Origin: Schmidtea polychroa
Lineage: Eukaryota
Assembly: GCA_044892525.1 (NCBI GenBank)
Contig: CM097885.1
Coordinates: 27,220,001-27,284,000, forward strand
DNA: 64,000 nucleotides
Direction: 5' to 3'
Shown: positions 1 to 52,787 of the stretch, one piece after another
Position numbering within the stretch: position 1 is the stretch's first letter
Layout of the letters: each line of letters begins with the position of its first letter
Made by a program: the position numbers and the translations under genes
The notes under the pieces: model-generated
Told to the model about the DNA's origin: nothing
The model's database searches: none
The model's input: the letters and a program-made list of their open reading frames with translations, nothing else

Positions 1-192
1 TATTAATAAAAGTTTTTTATTATTTTGGTCACTATTGATCGGTTTTCGTTTTTAATAATATTTAATTTATTTTCATTTTGACAAAAGATCAAAGATTTAA
101 TTTCTAACCAACACAAATCTTTTGTCAAAAACCAAAATAAATTATAATAAATATTATAATAAATTCATCTATTAATGAGACCTTTCATTTAA

Positions 193-434
193 CCACTTAA
201 TGTACGTGCCCGTGCATTATACGGGCGCATCTTACTGGCAATTTTGTACGCGCCCGTGACATAGACGGGCGAACATTATATTTACTTATGATATTTACGT
301 ATAGCGTGTTTATAACGTGTTGTTTGAATTGTTTAATTATTTAATATTTTTGAATGACTTTCTTTATTATATTATTTTTTTTTTGACATAAAGTTTTTGA
401 CACAAAATTCAAAATAAATGTGTACATTAAGTGG
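193..434. mobile_element. Non-autonomous piggyBac-type MITE
   Basis: 13-bp TIRs CCACTTAATGTAC/GTACATTAAGTGG, TTAA on both sides, and two internal palindromic repeats (gcccgtg..acgggcg). Confidence 0.85.
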
Positions 435-441
435 TTAATAA

Positions 442-983
442 TGTTAATTTGATTTTTTAATTATTAATAACTTGATGTTGAAAAAAGTTGTAAACAATTA
501 ATTGACATTTAATCAAAATTTATATTAAATATTTAATAATAATTTTATGGTTAATAATAATATCAAACAATTTGTCATTAATCAGTGCACTCGAAACGAT
601 TCAGTTGTAAAAATTTGTAGTATTCAATATACACTAGTAGTTCTATTGTTATTTGTGAAAAATTAATTAATTAAATAAATATAGTATTAATTTGATTATA
701 ATGATTATACTCAAAATAAATAAGAAATAAATAAACGTGAACATTTTATTGCCGAAATTAGTAATTATTTTAGAAAATCGCTAACTGGTTTTGTTTAAAA
801 AGAATAAAGAAGAAAGGCAGTTTTTGATTTTCTTAAAAATAAATTTTTATTTAATTTGTCTTATTTTTATATGCAAAACATTTATGATTTAAGAACACAG
901 AGAGTCAGAGATAATCAAACTGTTATTCGGTGATAATTAATATATATAATTAAAATAGACAACCGTTGAATTATAAATTAACA
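442..983 (+). mobile_element. Probable degenerate solo LTR
   Basis: TGTTAATTT...AAATTAACA ends. The segment aagaacacagagagtcagag resembles the terminal part of the LTR at 52788-53845. No matching TSD found. Confidence 0.35.
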
Positions 984-1076
984 TAGAAATGTCAAGGTCA
1001 TCCTAATTGACAAAAAGTCCTTATCTTTATTGAGAACTCTGCTTAATATATTTCACATATTTCTTTAATATTAGAC

Positions 1077-1325
1077 CAGTGGTGGCCAACACAAATCAAT
1101 TGAAGGACAAAATTTTCGGGAAAATACTATCACAGGCCACAATAAATTCATTTAAATAAATATAACTCGTTTTTACGATTCAAGTAAACTTAGAATCAAT
1201 TTTTTAAATTAAAAACATGCTTAATTCGAATATGAAATCTAAAAAAGACAATTATTGATTTGATGTTTAAAATTGTGTCCGGGCCACATCAAAACGCTTC
1301 GCGGACCACCGGTTGGCCATGGCTG
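1077..1325. mobile_element. hAT MITE (same family as 15123-15372, opposite orientation)
   Basis: TIRs CAGTGGTGGCCAAC / GTTGGCCATGGCTG; 8-bp TSD TATTAGAC on both sides. Confidence 0.9.
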
Positions 1326-1674
1326 TATTAGACCAATGATTTTATATACGTTCGACATAATTTTGCCCCTGTCTTTTAGTTGATCCTTGTAAAACTGCAA
1401 AGTGGAATAGTAAATTTCAATATAAGAATAGTAAATTTCAATATGAGAATTTTATTTTGATTTAAAAAAATTTAATTTTGATACAAAATATTTGAAATTC
1501 AATTTATTAATTCAATTAATTCAATTTATTTTACTTACCAAACCCTTCCTAAGTAATATTCCAGTTATAAATATTCGTAAATTTAAATAAAATAAAGTTT
1601 TAAAAAGTTCCATAATTACCAATTAATTTATTTTACAAGTAATTGTAATTAAAACGAAACAACAATATAATTAC

Positions 1675-10271
<8,597 letters not shown>

Positions 10272-13200
10272 CTAAAAAGCTGTAATTTTCTCTGTCATAA
10301 AATTAAAAATATTTTATTATTTTTAAAAATATATTTTAATTTTACTATGGAAATATAATTTAAAACAAATAAAGAAATTTATTCATTTTCAAAGGTTAGA
10401 GGCATTTTAATAATTAATATTTAATAAAACATATTAGTGTAATTAGTAAATAAAAAGTAATTAAATAATCACAGTAGTTTGATAATCAATATATTTGATC
10501 AAAAATTGCACAAATTTATAAAAAAATAATGAGATAATCTTAGTTTATATTAAAAAGAAATCAGTGGTGAAATTTGAAAAAAAAATTTATAATCGTAGCT
10601 ATCTATAATTATTAAAAATATTTGAATCTCTTTATAAAACGTGTTTTATCAATTGAAGACTGTATTTATTTCAAAAAAAAATTATTACCGTCGAACGAAT
10701 TACGGAACTATTATTCGATATAGTAGTGGTTTATGTATCATACCGTTGGACTAGAACTCGGGATATTTTGATTTGTTTAAATTCATCAAAAAATCAGTGC
10801 AAATGCAGCTTTATTTTCATTTAAAGTGCATGATAATGCATCAAATAGCACAAGATTAAGGAAATGAGACTTTAAGGATAGTAAAACAAGTATAATTAAA
10901 ATGACACAACACAAATATTTGCAATCACCAACATAGTTCAGAGAGATATACAATGCATTTCGTAAGTCTCTCCATGAAAATCATAAGAATTTATAAAAGA
11001 TAAAATAGTAATGGGGAAATATTTGAAAAATAATATGTCATAATTTATATGCGCTTAAAACACTAAGAATGATGGACGCAGAAAATACATAGTGTAAATT
11101 AAATCAATTTGTTAAACTAAAGAAATTTAGAATTAGAAGAGTTTTTGTGATCGGCAATTCTAATATTTTGTAACTGATGGGATTTATCACTCGTAGTAGA
11201 ATTTGATAGCATCTAATAGTAAATGGTAATGAATGAGTATGTGCGCGTATACATAAAAGGTTTAATAAGATTGAGACAAAGTAGTCGAACAACTTAAAAT
11301 TTTTTAAATTAAAATCATAAAAACAACATTTATTTAAACAATACATATACCATTAATAAAAGAAGATTTGGTTTGAACATTGACATAATTCTGATTCTTT
11401 AATTACTAGCGTATATCAAATATTTAAATTATTATGGTGGCTCTAACACTTGGTGGGTTACAGGTAGACATCATTTTGCCTATTCGAGCTATACAATGAT
11501 GCTAAACCGCTTTATACCCGTTGAGTGATCAACTTTGGAACTGTATCAAGTGGGTGAGTACCAGCAAAAATTGATCATACCTTTGTATACTATAATAGTC
11601 AGGCACTCTAGCGGGTTCACGGACTGCCGATAGAAGGCCTGTGCCCTACTTTCATTTAGGTCCCTAGCTCACTAATTGCTCGTACTCCTGCTTCTACTCT
11701 TACTGTAGCATTTATTTTTTATAAACGACACGAAATATTGCTTAAATACATGAATAAATTTATTTATACACTATAGACATCACACAAGTTTTTATTATAT
11801 ATGATTCTTGGCCAGAATAGTTTTGTATGCATCTTGATCTGGGCTTGCTCTGCTTTACTGGGGCGTTTTCTTTTCGGAGTGGTTGTTTTGCGATTTCCGT
11901 CATCTCGATCGCCATCTGTCTGACTTGATTGGTCACTGTTCGATCGATTATGGACTGCTTTACTTGTGTTTCCAGATGTTGGAGTTCCAACCGAAGCGCC
12001 TTTATCTCTACCTGATATTGAGTAGTCTGAAGTTGTAATTATTGTATTAACCTCATGCGTTTGTTCATCTCTGTGGGACTGAACCAGGTACTTTCAAGTT
12101 TTCTGAAACGTCACTTGAATTTGTCAATCCGACCTCTTAATTCCTAGTTCTGTTTCAGCGCTGTCTCCTTGTCCACGCGCAAATTCTCTATTAGCTGTAT
12201 CACTGAATGATAGTAAGGGATAAAAGATAATTTATTGAGATTTAATTCTATTCTGGTCACCATGAAAATAACTCCAGCATTGTGGACGCATTGATTCGTG
12301 CTCTATTCTAGTGAACTCATCCATCACTTAATCTTGCGCCCCGTCTTCAGGCGCGAGTGTCACAAGTCGCCAGTTGAATCCACCAATGCTGAAGGCAAAG
12401 AGGAAATAACTCGAACGACCAGTGCAGAATGTGAGACAACGGGTGAAGGCAGCGGACTTGAGCAAACTACTGGTTCCGGAAATCCTGCCTGAAATGGACC
12501 TTGATATAAACGGGATGATCATTTCTCTAAACATGGCAGGAAATCTTTTTGAGCTGGACGAACTATTGGCAGAGGCTGAACTTGATAATTGAAAATTTGA
12601 TGTTTTGTGTTATTTTTATAACCTGCCTTTATTATAATATTAGTCATTGAATTTTCTTCTTAAATTTTAGTTATTATTTATTAGTGTGAAATAATTATTT
12701 TTTCAACTCTATTAGGAAATCGTTAATCCCTACTTATGAATATATTAGTAATTTTATTTTGATCAGAGAACGAACACTGTGTTAATTCTTATATCATCAA
12801 TATTCATAGTTTTCTCATTTTTTCCTTTCATCAGCACTCCAGAACCCGTCCAGAAAGTTCAATGAGGAGTAGTTTTAGTAATAAAGCTCATCTGCTCATT
12901 GGCTTTCGATTATTATGTACAGCACCAACATTGTCATTACCATGGGTACATAGATAGATTTTAAATAGTCACGAAAGCCTATATATCGATATTTCACTAT
13001 CTAGACCATTGCACTAATATATTTATCTTGATGTATTCTTTCCCAAAACGCCAACATATTCAAAAAACATGTAACATGCACTTTTAAAAAGATGACTTTC
13101 TCAGAAGAGTTTTTATATGAATTTGGAAGAGTTCAGCGCTCGAAGTACAGCTTGGAAGAAATGCTTGGATTTTAACTATTTATTTTTTATAATTTTTGAT

Positions 13201-13834
13201 AAATTCTTGTTAAAAATCATTTTCACTATATTAAAAATTTCTTTACTAAATCTTTTAAACAAATTTTACTTTAAAGTTCACCATAAATTATTGTTTTTAA
13301 ACCATTTGGATGAAATTTTCTTTGAAATTTTCGTTCTTTAAGTTCTTTCTTTTCACTGGCTTGGACCCAATAATTATGGGTAGGGTTGATAAAAAATCTC
13401 CAGCGGAATTTTTAAATGCTCAGATGTGGTTTGACAAATTTTCTGCTAATGGATTAATAAGATATGTGAACGTCTCAAGGAGTATGGGAAGGATGTTACT
13501 GAGAATTTACAATAATAATAAAATACTTTTATAGTTTAAATGTTTAATAAATATTTAATCAAAATTATCTAATTAAATATTATAAAACTTACATTCGTCG
13601 TATTTTATCTGCTTTCATTAAAAAAAATTAATGTTCATTTCAGTGTTTTCTTTCATACAAAATTTCAACATATAATAATGATACAATTTGAGAAATGGAA
13701 AAAGTACCCCAAAGACTACAAATTAAATAACTTTACTCATGGTGTTTAAATAATCGAAGTTAACCGCGTGATTTCATTTATTTGTGGTTCCTAAAATAAA
13801 ATTTCTATATTTTGTATTTAATTCTTATAGTTTT

Positions 13835-14255
13835 ATGCTTCGACCAAAAGCACTCTGTAGCACTCTGAATCATTATGTTGGTGCAGGAGTAGTTTTAATA
13901 ATATTATTTACTTCAGAGGGTATATTATTAGCACAATCTAATGTTAATTCAAATGGCGAGAAAACCAAAGCTGCAATTGTTGCTAACATTTGGAATATAT
14001 ATCAAAGACAGCAAGATAATGTGACAATTGTATGCTTATTTATTTAGAAACATGTTATTGCTGTTTTTTAAGGATGACCAAATTCAAGAACTCTTAATAG
14101 AGTTTGAACTTGGTAAATTAGCTATCAGTAAAGTTGGGAATGTTTTATTGTGTGTTTGTGGATCCGAAAATTCAGAATTTGGAATGATAAGAGCAAAAAT
14201 GGTCACCTTAATTGACAGATTAACTGAACCTCTTAGTAAATTAACGGGATTTTGA
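13835..14255 (+). CDS. LAMTOR2: Ragulator complex subunit LAMTOR2 (p14, roadblock/LC7 fold), 2 exons, 125 aa
   Basis: MLRPKAL...EGILLA...AAIVANIWNIY / ...GKLAISKVGNVLLC...FGMIRAK...LTEPL matches LAMTOR2. Exons 13835-14029 and 14073-14255 are joined in frame across a 43-bp GT-AG intron. Confidence 0.92.
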
Positions 14256-15122
14256 TTAACTTTATTTTCCATTGATTAACATTGTGTCATTCTTTCATAA
14301 AGTTTTGTTTTGTTGTTTTGAAAATTCCAATAATTTATAATTAAATAAATCGCTAAATTAACTTTGTTGTTTGTATGATGTTCTTTATATTCGGTGTGAA
14401 CTGAAAAATACAATAAATTGCTTCTTGGAAAATTAAACAAATCAAACAACAGATCCGTAAATACTATAGATATTGTTTGAGAGCTTTGGAAGTGTTAGTG
14501 TTTGGAACTTTGTGTTATATTTTTAATACAAATAAGGAATATGAGTTAAAAGAATTTTGTAAATTTTGGCAAGAAATTTGGTGATGTAGCGTCAACTGCA
14601 GTTACCTTTAAAAAGATTTTGTGGTTTTCAGACTACATAAAGAATCACAGAAGTTGCATTTTAAAAGCAAATCTCCTATTTCAAGACTGATCTGTATTTT
14701 TTGCAAAGATGGACAATTTCTTATTAAATGTTTTTGACGGAAACAGTTAAGGTGATTTTCTGTTATTTATTCGTATTTTGAAAGATTTTTTTCTTTCAAA
14801 AATAATATTTTATTCATCAATATTAACCCTTTCACTGTCTTGAGTATCATATGTGATGCTCACACCGTTTCAATGAGACGCCCGTGCATCATATATGATA
14901 CTCAAAACCCCATCCACTAAAATAATTCTAATTTTATGATTCGTCGTATTAAGGTTACCTTACTTTATGTGGGTGTATGAGGAATACATACGTTTTCTTT
15001 GAAGCTCTTGGCATACAATTTTATGGGAAACTTACCAATTTATCAACTGTTTATCAATTACTTGCTTTTTTAATTTTTATGTTGTAATGAAAGTGAATAA
15101 AACATTTTTATACCATTTATTG

Positions 15123-15372
15123 CAGCCATGGCCAACCGGTGGCCCGCGAAGCGTTTTGATGTGGCCCGGACACAATTTTAAACATCAAATCGATAATTGT
15201 CTTTTTATAGAATTCATATTTGAATTAAGCATGTTTTTAATTTAAAAAATTAATTCTAAGTTTACTTGAATCGTAAAAACGAGTTATATTTATTTAAATG
15301 AATTTATTGTGGCCCGTGATAGTATTTTTCCGAAAATTTGGCCCTTCGATTGATTTGGGTTGGCCACCACTG
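15123..15372. mobile_element. hAT MITE nested in the piggyBac element
   Basis: TIRs CAGCCATGGCCAAC / GTTGGCCACCACTG; TSD ATTTATTG; near-identical to 1077-1325. Confidence 0.9.
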
Positions 15373-15570
15373 ATTTATTGTAATAAAAGAACAAAAAGTT
15401 TATTTTTAAGCAATTAACATTCCTAAATTAAAAAAATTGCTTTATTCGAGGGAAAAAAATGTATTGTCACAATAAAATAATACACCAAAGAAACTAAATT
15501 GATTTCTTTATTCAAAATAATAATAAAAAGTTTATTATATAATAAAGTTACATACTTAGTGCATTATAAA

Positions 15571-17292
15571 TTACTTGCCATGATTTTCATTGAAACATGT
15601 CAGACAAAACGCTTTCTAGCACGTAAGGCAATGTGTTGCAACTTGTTTGGTTTTTTTCTGAGCTTTTTCTCTGCCTTCATTCTGGGATATTTTTATCGTA
15701 GCACGACTAACATCTTTTGCGAACAATTTTGTTTGCTTCCTGTGTTGGAATTTGGGTCAGCTGATGATTTTGAGTTGGTCCAACTCTGATACTACTAGGA
15801 ATATTAACTCCAATCAGAGCCAATGCAACAGATTTTGTGAAGTCAACAAGAGTATTTTTTTGGGACTATAATATTTATTATGAATGACCCAGCTATCCAA
15901 AATCACCGTGCTGAGTAGCTGAAAAATAACCTTCCTATACCATTTCACACTTTTTCTTGCCGGGCTGTAATATTCAATCATTTGATCCGATAAGTCAATC
16001 CCACCTTTGACTCTGTTGTAATCCACAATTATTGATGGTTTCAATACTGATTCGCCACTTCGATTCCTTTTTCCTGTTTCTATCTTATCTGTTCCATGAA
16101 ATGTGGAAATGAGGAGAATTTCTCTCTTGTCTTGATATTTGACAATTCTGATTCCTATGTCATTAGATGCTCCCTTTATTTCACCCTTCTTCAATTTCAT
16201 TTTCTTCAGATTTTCTGGTAAGTTTCTGCGATTTCTTTTCAAAGTCCCACAGTATTCAGTATCATTAGCCTTTAGATATTTTGCAAGCTCGATACTACTA
16301 TACCAATTATCGGCGACAAACAACCTTCCACAATTTAGGAGTTTTTCTCCAAGGTCGATGATAACAGATCCTGAATGATCTAATCCTGGTCGTTTATTGC
16401 CTGAACCTTTTCCACAATATACTGAAGCATTCCAAATGAAACCGCACATATCACATAGCTTGAAAATTTTTATGCCATATTTGTGGGACTTTCCAGGATT
16501 GTACTGCCTAAACAAAAGCCCACCACGATGAGAAATCATAGTTTCATCAACAGAAATTTCTTCTCCAGGTGTGTAAAGCTGTTGAATGTTGGAGATTATC
16601 ATGCCCATAATGTTTGGAATTTTATGCAACCTGTCCCCAGGTGTGACAGTGTCCTTATTGCTGAAATGCCAATTTTTTAAAATCAATCCAAATCGATTAT
16701 ACGCCATTTGAATGTGATGGAATAGTGGATGAAAAAATATTTGATCCTTTTTCCAGTAATCTTCAATTCTAGGAAATTTCAGAAGTCCTGTCACAATAAT
16801 AATTCCAATAAATTTCTTCATTTCAACTTCTGTAACGTCCTGCCATTTATTCATTCTTGCTCCTCGAGAAAGCCTAGTCTTTGCTAGAAACTGTTGGGCA
16901 TACCTATTCGTCTCGGTAACCATTACTTGAATAATATCACTGTCAAGCATTTGCTCAAAGACCATAGTTGGCGTAACTTCATTTGCTGTAATTCTTTTAT
17001 GAAGTCCAGAATTTCCATTAAAATTTAACTTGTCTTTCCTAGTCAAATCCATGATTCAATTATCAGTTGAAGGTACTGCACTTAAAACAGACTGATTAAC
17101 TGGATGAGGATTACTAGTCTCTTCTTCTTCACTTGAGGAAGATGACGATGTATTTGATTCTTCAACGGGTTCAAACTCATCCTCACTGCTATCTCCCATA
17201 TCATCCAGGTTGGAATTTTCATCACTGCTAATGTCATACTTGTCTAAAAGTTGAGCGAGTTCATCTGGCGTATAGTTTTTTCTCCTTGCCAA
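15571..17292 (-). pseudogene. piggyBac (PGBD4-like) transposase pseudogene
   Basis: SVDETM, VADNWYSS and GGIDLSDQ DDD motifs. In-frame TGA at 17056-17058, frameshift near 15850, and TAG stops inside the C-terminal Cys-rich domain (RC*SC...HCLTC*KAFCLTCF..H). Confidence 0.9.
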
Positions 17293-17723
17293 TTTTAAAG
17301 GGCAATAATAAATCTGTTGTAGAGTATTTTATCTTAATAATAGATGACTTTTCCGAAGATTGTCATATATATACTATATAGTGTTATTGCACCACATTTT
17401 GTAAGGCCTCCACACACGTTCGAACTTGCTTGTCAACCATCAGTCACCTTCAATTAGATTACACCATTAGATTTATTGCATCATCTCTTATAATAACTGA
17501 GAATCATATTTGATACACAGAGCGTACCATGAATAACACATTAGTTATGCGCTTGAGAATCACATATGATACTCAGGTTTTTTTATTTCAGAGTATATGA
17601 AACAGTATGCTCAACAACTTCACTTTTTTTCTTGTTTGTAAAGTACTTTTTATTATACGGACTGTGACGTCACAGGCCAGTCATCGAAAATGGGCTAGAC
17701 ATTGAAAGAGTTAAAAGCAACTA

Positions 17724-17939
17724 CCGTAATTTTCATTAGATAGTATCACCCTAAAAATTAAAATTTTTATTTGTTCAAAACACATAAATTTTATTATAAA
17801 AATATTATTACAAATATAGATGAAATACAAATATGAAATTTTTTCCACATTTAACATTTTTTAACAGGAAGAGAATTAAAGAAAAAAATCGACTTAAAAT
17901 GTGTAATTTTAGGGGGATACTATCTAATGAAAATTATGG
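17724..17939. mobile_element. TA-flanked MITE (pogo/Tc1-like)
   Basis: Inverted ends of about 35 bp (ccgtaattttcattagatagtatc / gatactatctaatgaaaattatgg), flanked by TA. Confidence 0.7.
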
Positions 17940-19584
17940 TAGTTGGTTTTTTATATTAGACGGAAGCATTGAGAAATCTTCGGAAATTCTTTACGAGATA
18001 AGAAACCTTTGTTTTGAAAGATGTTTTCTGAGAGAGTTTGTTGCTTAATTATGGATCTGAGATCATTTTCTAGAGAAAAAATATTGTTGTCAAGATCGAT
18101 AGAAAAATTGAAATATTGGAGTATACTCGGTATTTGAAGTTTGAAAGATGATTGTATTTTTCTGCAATTTTCGAAAATCTGGGGTAAGATTTTGAGTTTA
18201 TCGCGAAGCCTATTTATTTTCTAAGACTTTCAAGTGAAGCGTTCCTCATAACTTCTGATTTTTTTTGAGATCTTTTAGGTTGCTCAGTTCTAAGAAGAAG
18301 TTTTCGTGTATTTTTGGGAAAATGTGGATAAATTTGTTGGGAAAATCAGAATTGAGCTTGAGCTCTTAGTGATATTTAAAGATGCTGAATCAGGTTGTAT
18401 GATTTCTAAATCGAATCCATTAAAGAGATAAGAAGTTTATTTCTAATAACACGTTTATTAATTTGTTTGACGAGTTTCTAAAATATAATTTATTATATAA
18501 ATAAAGATTTCAAAATAAAATTGTATATACAAACATTGAATAATTAACTTATAAGTCCCGCAAGTAATACAAGTATTTTAAACCCTTAGATGACACTTTT
18601 TGAATTTACATGATTTTATGCACAATAATATTATTGTTTATACCCAATGTGGTACTCTCTTGAACTCGTGTAAAGAGATGAAAGACAGTCTGTCCAATGT
18701 GGCAAGGCATCCTTTACAAATTCAATGATATGCACGATCTGAAGACAGACAAACTGAATCACAGATTTATTCCTGAAAATGTCACGAAACTTACAATACT
18801 TTAAAACCATTTTAAATTTCTAAAACTTTCAGAAAATTACATTATAACAGAATCAACAATTTCACTCAGTGCCATTTTTTTAAATACTATCAATTATATC
18901 TATTGCAATACTTTATGTATTAGTCAGAGGAACACTCTCAATGGTGGTAATCTAACAATTATGCCTGCGTAAATTGCTCTTTTGTCTAAATTGTCAGGCG
19001 AATTACGCTCCACCGGCAGAATAGTGAGACGTTTTCTGATAATAATCAGTTACTTTAATCTGCGAACCACCATTGGATGTGACAAAACAACACTTGTTTT
19101 CTCTGCAACTACGGAAGCCATTTCTGACTACAAAGTTTGTTGTTACATGCCACAGCATTAAACAAGACGTTTTCTGGATCAGATAGGATTGAGTTTTTTC
19201 TATTCCAGGATTCTTTCCTCTTTTGAGTTGATGAAACATAACCAATCAACTTTTGTTTAGCTTTTTTCTGACCGAACGAATGCTTAATCCAACTGCAGAA
19301 GCGATATCTTTACCCGACAAAATTGTTAATCTCATTAGTTACTGTAATACGTCTTTTCGATCCATTATAAGGGTATTTTTTTAAACCTTAAAAATAATTT
19401 ATAACCTTGATTAATAAATTTATAACTTTGAATAATATTGTAAATGGAATTTGTGTCACCAATCACATTCTGCTTATTAATATATTGCAAATATAAATTT
19501 CAAAAAAGGTAAATTTTTATTCCTAAGAAAAATTATTATTTATTGCTGTTTTATTATTTTTAATAATATTGTTATTGTATTATT

Positions 19585-19705
19585 ATTGTATTTATTAAAA
19601 AGCTTGACTATGAATCAGTAAATATATCGATGTTTTTGATATTGTGAATATCAAAAACATCGATATATTTACTGATTCATAATCAAGCTTTTTAATAAAT
19701 ACAAT
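19585..19705. repeat. Near-perfect 121-bp palindrome (59-bp arms, GTG loop)
   Basis: Arms 19585-19643 and 19647-19705 differ at one position; a related half copy lies at ~44095-44185. Confidence 0.9.
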
Positions 19706-19964
19706 GTCAATGGAAAAGAAATCAGTGATGAAATTTGAAAAAAAGTTCTTATAATACTATTATTAATATTGTTATTGTTATTATTATTATTGTTATTATT
19801 CAAAAGAAATAACAAATGAATTAAAAATCGAGATTTATTTTCAATAAAGTAAAATACATTTACTGCTTAAAATAAAAACGAATACAGTTCGGTACAACTG
19901 GGTTCAGTCAAAATGAATATATTTCATATTGTCACGTAACACTGCTAATCGCAATTGCACAAAA

Positions 19965-50420
<30,456 letters not shown>

Positions 50421-51354
50421 TTTTAAATTTTAAAATAAATTTAATATTTTAGTCAATTTCAAGACTAAAAACTGTTTACATGTTATTAAAGTAAAACAAA
50501 TATTTATCAAAGGATGATTATTCTAAACCATTAATAAAAACAAAGAATTTTTTTCAAATTAGTTTTAAATAGATTTCCTAATCCTAAAATATTGGTTTTT
50601 AAAAAGTTTTTGTAACTTTAGAAGTTTTAATTTATATGTCAAAGGATATCATGGCAATAAATGCTGAACATGATTACAAGTATTTTTAGTCATAGCGTTT
50701 TCGTTCAAAATCAAGATCATTATTAAGAAATTTAATAAATTTTCTGAATGGATTATGAAATTGAATTTTTTTTCAGTTCAGATATCAGAATAGATACATT
50801 TTTTGTCTTTACTTCTGGTTGTCTTAGATATTGACTTAGGTCACTATTACATCTGAGACTATCGCAATAATTCATTAAATTGCAACTATGAATCTGCCAC
50901 AAGCAACTCTGGCTCTGTGCATAATGACTAGAACTAGTTCTTGTGCTTCACTTACTCACTGATATATTGATAGAAGGAACATCAATCTCAAAATCTAGGG
51001 ATTACTAGGATTACCCGCATCCCTTTATGAATGGTATTGGTACTTAGGTGATGTGTTATTTCAATGCTCTAGGGCTGCTGCTAGATTTATCGTTGATTCT
51101 TCACTAAATGCCTTCATGATTATTTTACTTTCCATCCTTGAACCCACGGCAGCAACCATGTTGGTAATATACCCACCGGTTGAAAATAAATGAGCAGGTG
51201 AGTTCCACTGCCTTAACTACTCCTCATTGCACTCTCATTTTCAGGTTCATAACTGCAGATAGAGGGTCTTATGTTAATTTATTCTCACGCATTCATTTGT
51301 CGCTTATTCTTCATTTTTTACATTTAATTATGGTCCTACTTGTTTGATGTTAAT

Positions 51355-51725
51355 TGTTATATTTTTATTTGAAAGTCGGTTCTCTCTCTGACTCCTCGTG
51401 TTTTTATTCAACCAAATAGCTCGAAACCCAACACAGAATAATTTTATTCAATCTTTTTCACAATTAAAATTTGTAACTATTTGCACCTTTCTCTGATCTT
51501 CTAGTTTCTGCTCTTCTCTTTTCCCTTTCTCTCTTTTCGACAAACTGGCAGCTTGCTCATTTTTGAGCTCTGTTTTTATATTGTTTATGAGAGGCTAATT
51601 ATCTAGAGAATTGCACTTAATTATGTCCCCGTCAATATTTGAGTGTTTTTTGATTGTTTTAATTTGTTTACCAATGATTAGGACTTTTGTTTTTTTATTC
51701 TTTTTCTCCACTTTTCGTCATAACA
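51355..51725 (-). mobile_element. Short degenerate LTR related to 52788-53845
   Basis: TGTTAT...ATAACA ends; aagtcggttctctctctgactcctcgtg nearly matches 52809-52835. Confidence 0.5.
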
Positions 51726-51849
51726 TTTTCGTAACATTCGTAATTAATTTGAATATGGTAAATAAGATCAATAATCATTCTTAATTTTTATTTATTTTTG
51801 GGGGAGCAACAAAATAAAAACATTAAAGCATATAAAAATTGATTATTTT

Positions 51850-52764
51850 ACTTATTTTTTCAATTTCTTACAATGGATATTTTTGAGTTGACCGAGCTTA
51901 CAATGAATGGAGAGGATACACTCGAATTTATACTAAAAGATGGGTTGATATGACGTTTAAATTACTGTGACGGTTGTTGAAGAAACAGGAACTTAGAGCA
52001 TAGTAAAATTCGATGCGGAATACATGGTAGATGGTGTTGTAGTAGTAGAAGTTGCCACCTATCAGAATCTATTTTTAAGAATAGTATTTTTGAAGGAAAT
52101 CACATGCCATTAAGAAAATGCCTACAAATCATGTATTTAAGGGCTATGCTATTGCCAATTGCACAGATGTAATTGAAAGAACGACACGATGAAGAGAGCG
52201 TGAATAACTTTATTAGCAAGTTTCTTATGTATGGATGCAGTTGATGTAACTGAACATCTCGGAAAATTGGTGGACCAGTTGAGATTGTTGAAATTGATGG
52301 AAGTCATGTGCTATCAAGACGAGATGGAAGAGGGAAGATCCTATCCGGGGAAAGATATTGGATAATTGGTGTGATCTGCAGGCTTAAAAAACAAGTAAGG
52401 TGCATCTTTGTACGTAATAAAAGAATTTCATCCAAGCAAATGTCTTAACTGGAACGACCATCATGACCAACAAATGGATAAGTTATACAGGACTTAGTGA
52501 TTATGACTATATACATAAATTATTCAGTAACCTTCGTTGATTATCTACAGCTCCTATTCATACTCAAAGTATTAAAAGATTTTGGCGAACAGTTAAAAGT
52601 GTTCTTCATCCTGTCAACAATTTTGGATTGCTTAAAAAAAACCTTGGTGCCTCTAATGTTTATAAAAGATTTGCTATGTATTTACGAATAAATAAACTCA
52701 AATAACTTATTTCTTTTAATGTTTTAAAAATATTTTTACCCCCTCCCTAAACCCGGGTTCTACC
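51850..52764 (+). mobile_element. Degenerate Merlin (IS1595/ISXO2-like) DNA transposon
   Basis: GGPVEIVEIDGSH..GKIL..YWIIG, GTTIMTNKWISY and IHTQSIKRFW remnants; right end cccgggttctacc. Confidence 0.7.
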
Positions 52765-52787
52765 TTTTATTAATAATTTCTTTTATT

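Larger units (their letters stand above)
14827..17710 (-). mobile_element. Full-length piggyBac transposon with inactivated transposase
   Basis: TTAA on both sides; TIRs CCCTTTCACTGTCT / AGACATTGAAAGAG (12/14); subterminal palindromic repeats gagtatcatatgtgatgctca at both ends. Confidence 0.92.

Noticed and set aside
11400..12600. Relatively GC-rich segment with short broken ORFs between DNAH10 and LAMTOR2
   Set aside because: Probably a decayed retroelement ORF1/gag, but no diagnostic motif or termini could be established.
18580..19390. Possible IS630/Tc1-like remnant (ILPVERNSPDNLDKRAIYA on the minus strand)
   Set aside because: No catalytic motifs or TIRs could be confirmed.
50860..51260. 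Possible 3' remnant of a restriction-like-endonuclease non-LTR element
   Set aside because: Only a weak VAAVGS resemblance; too degraded to support.
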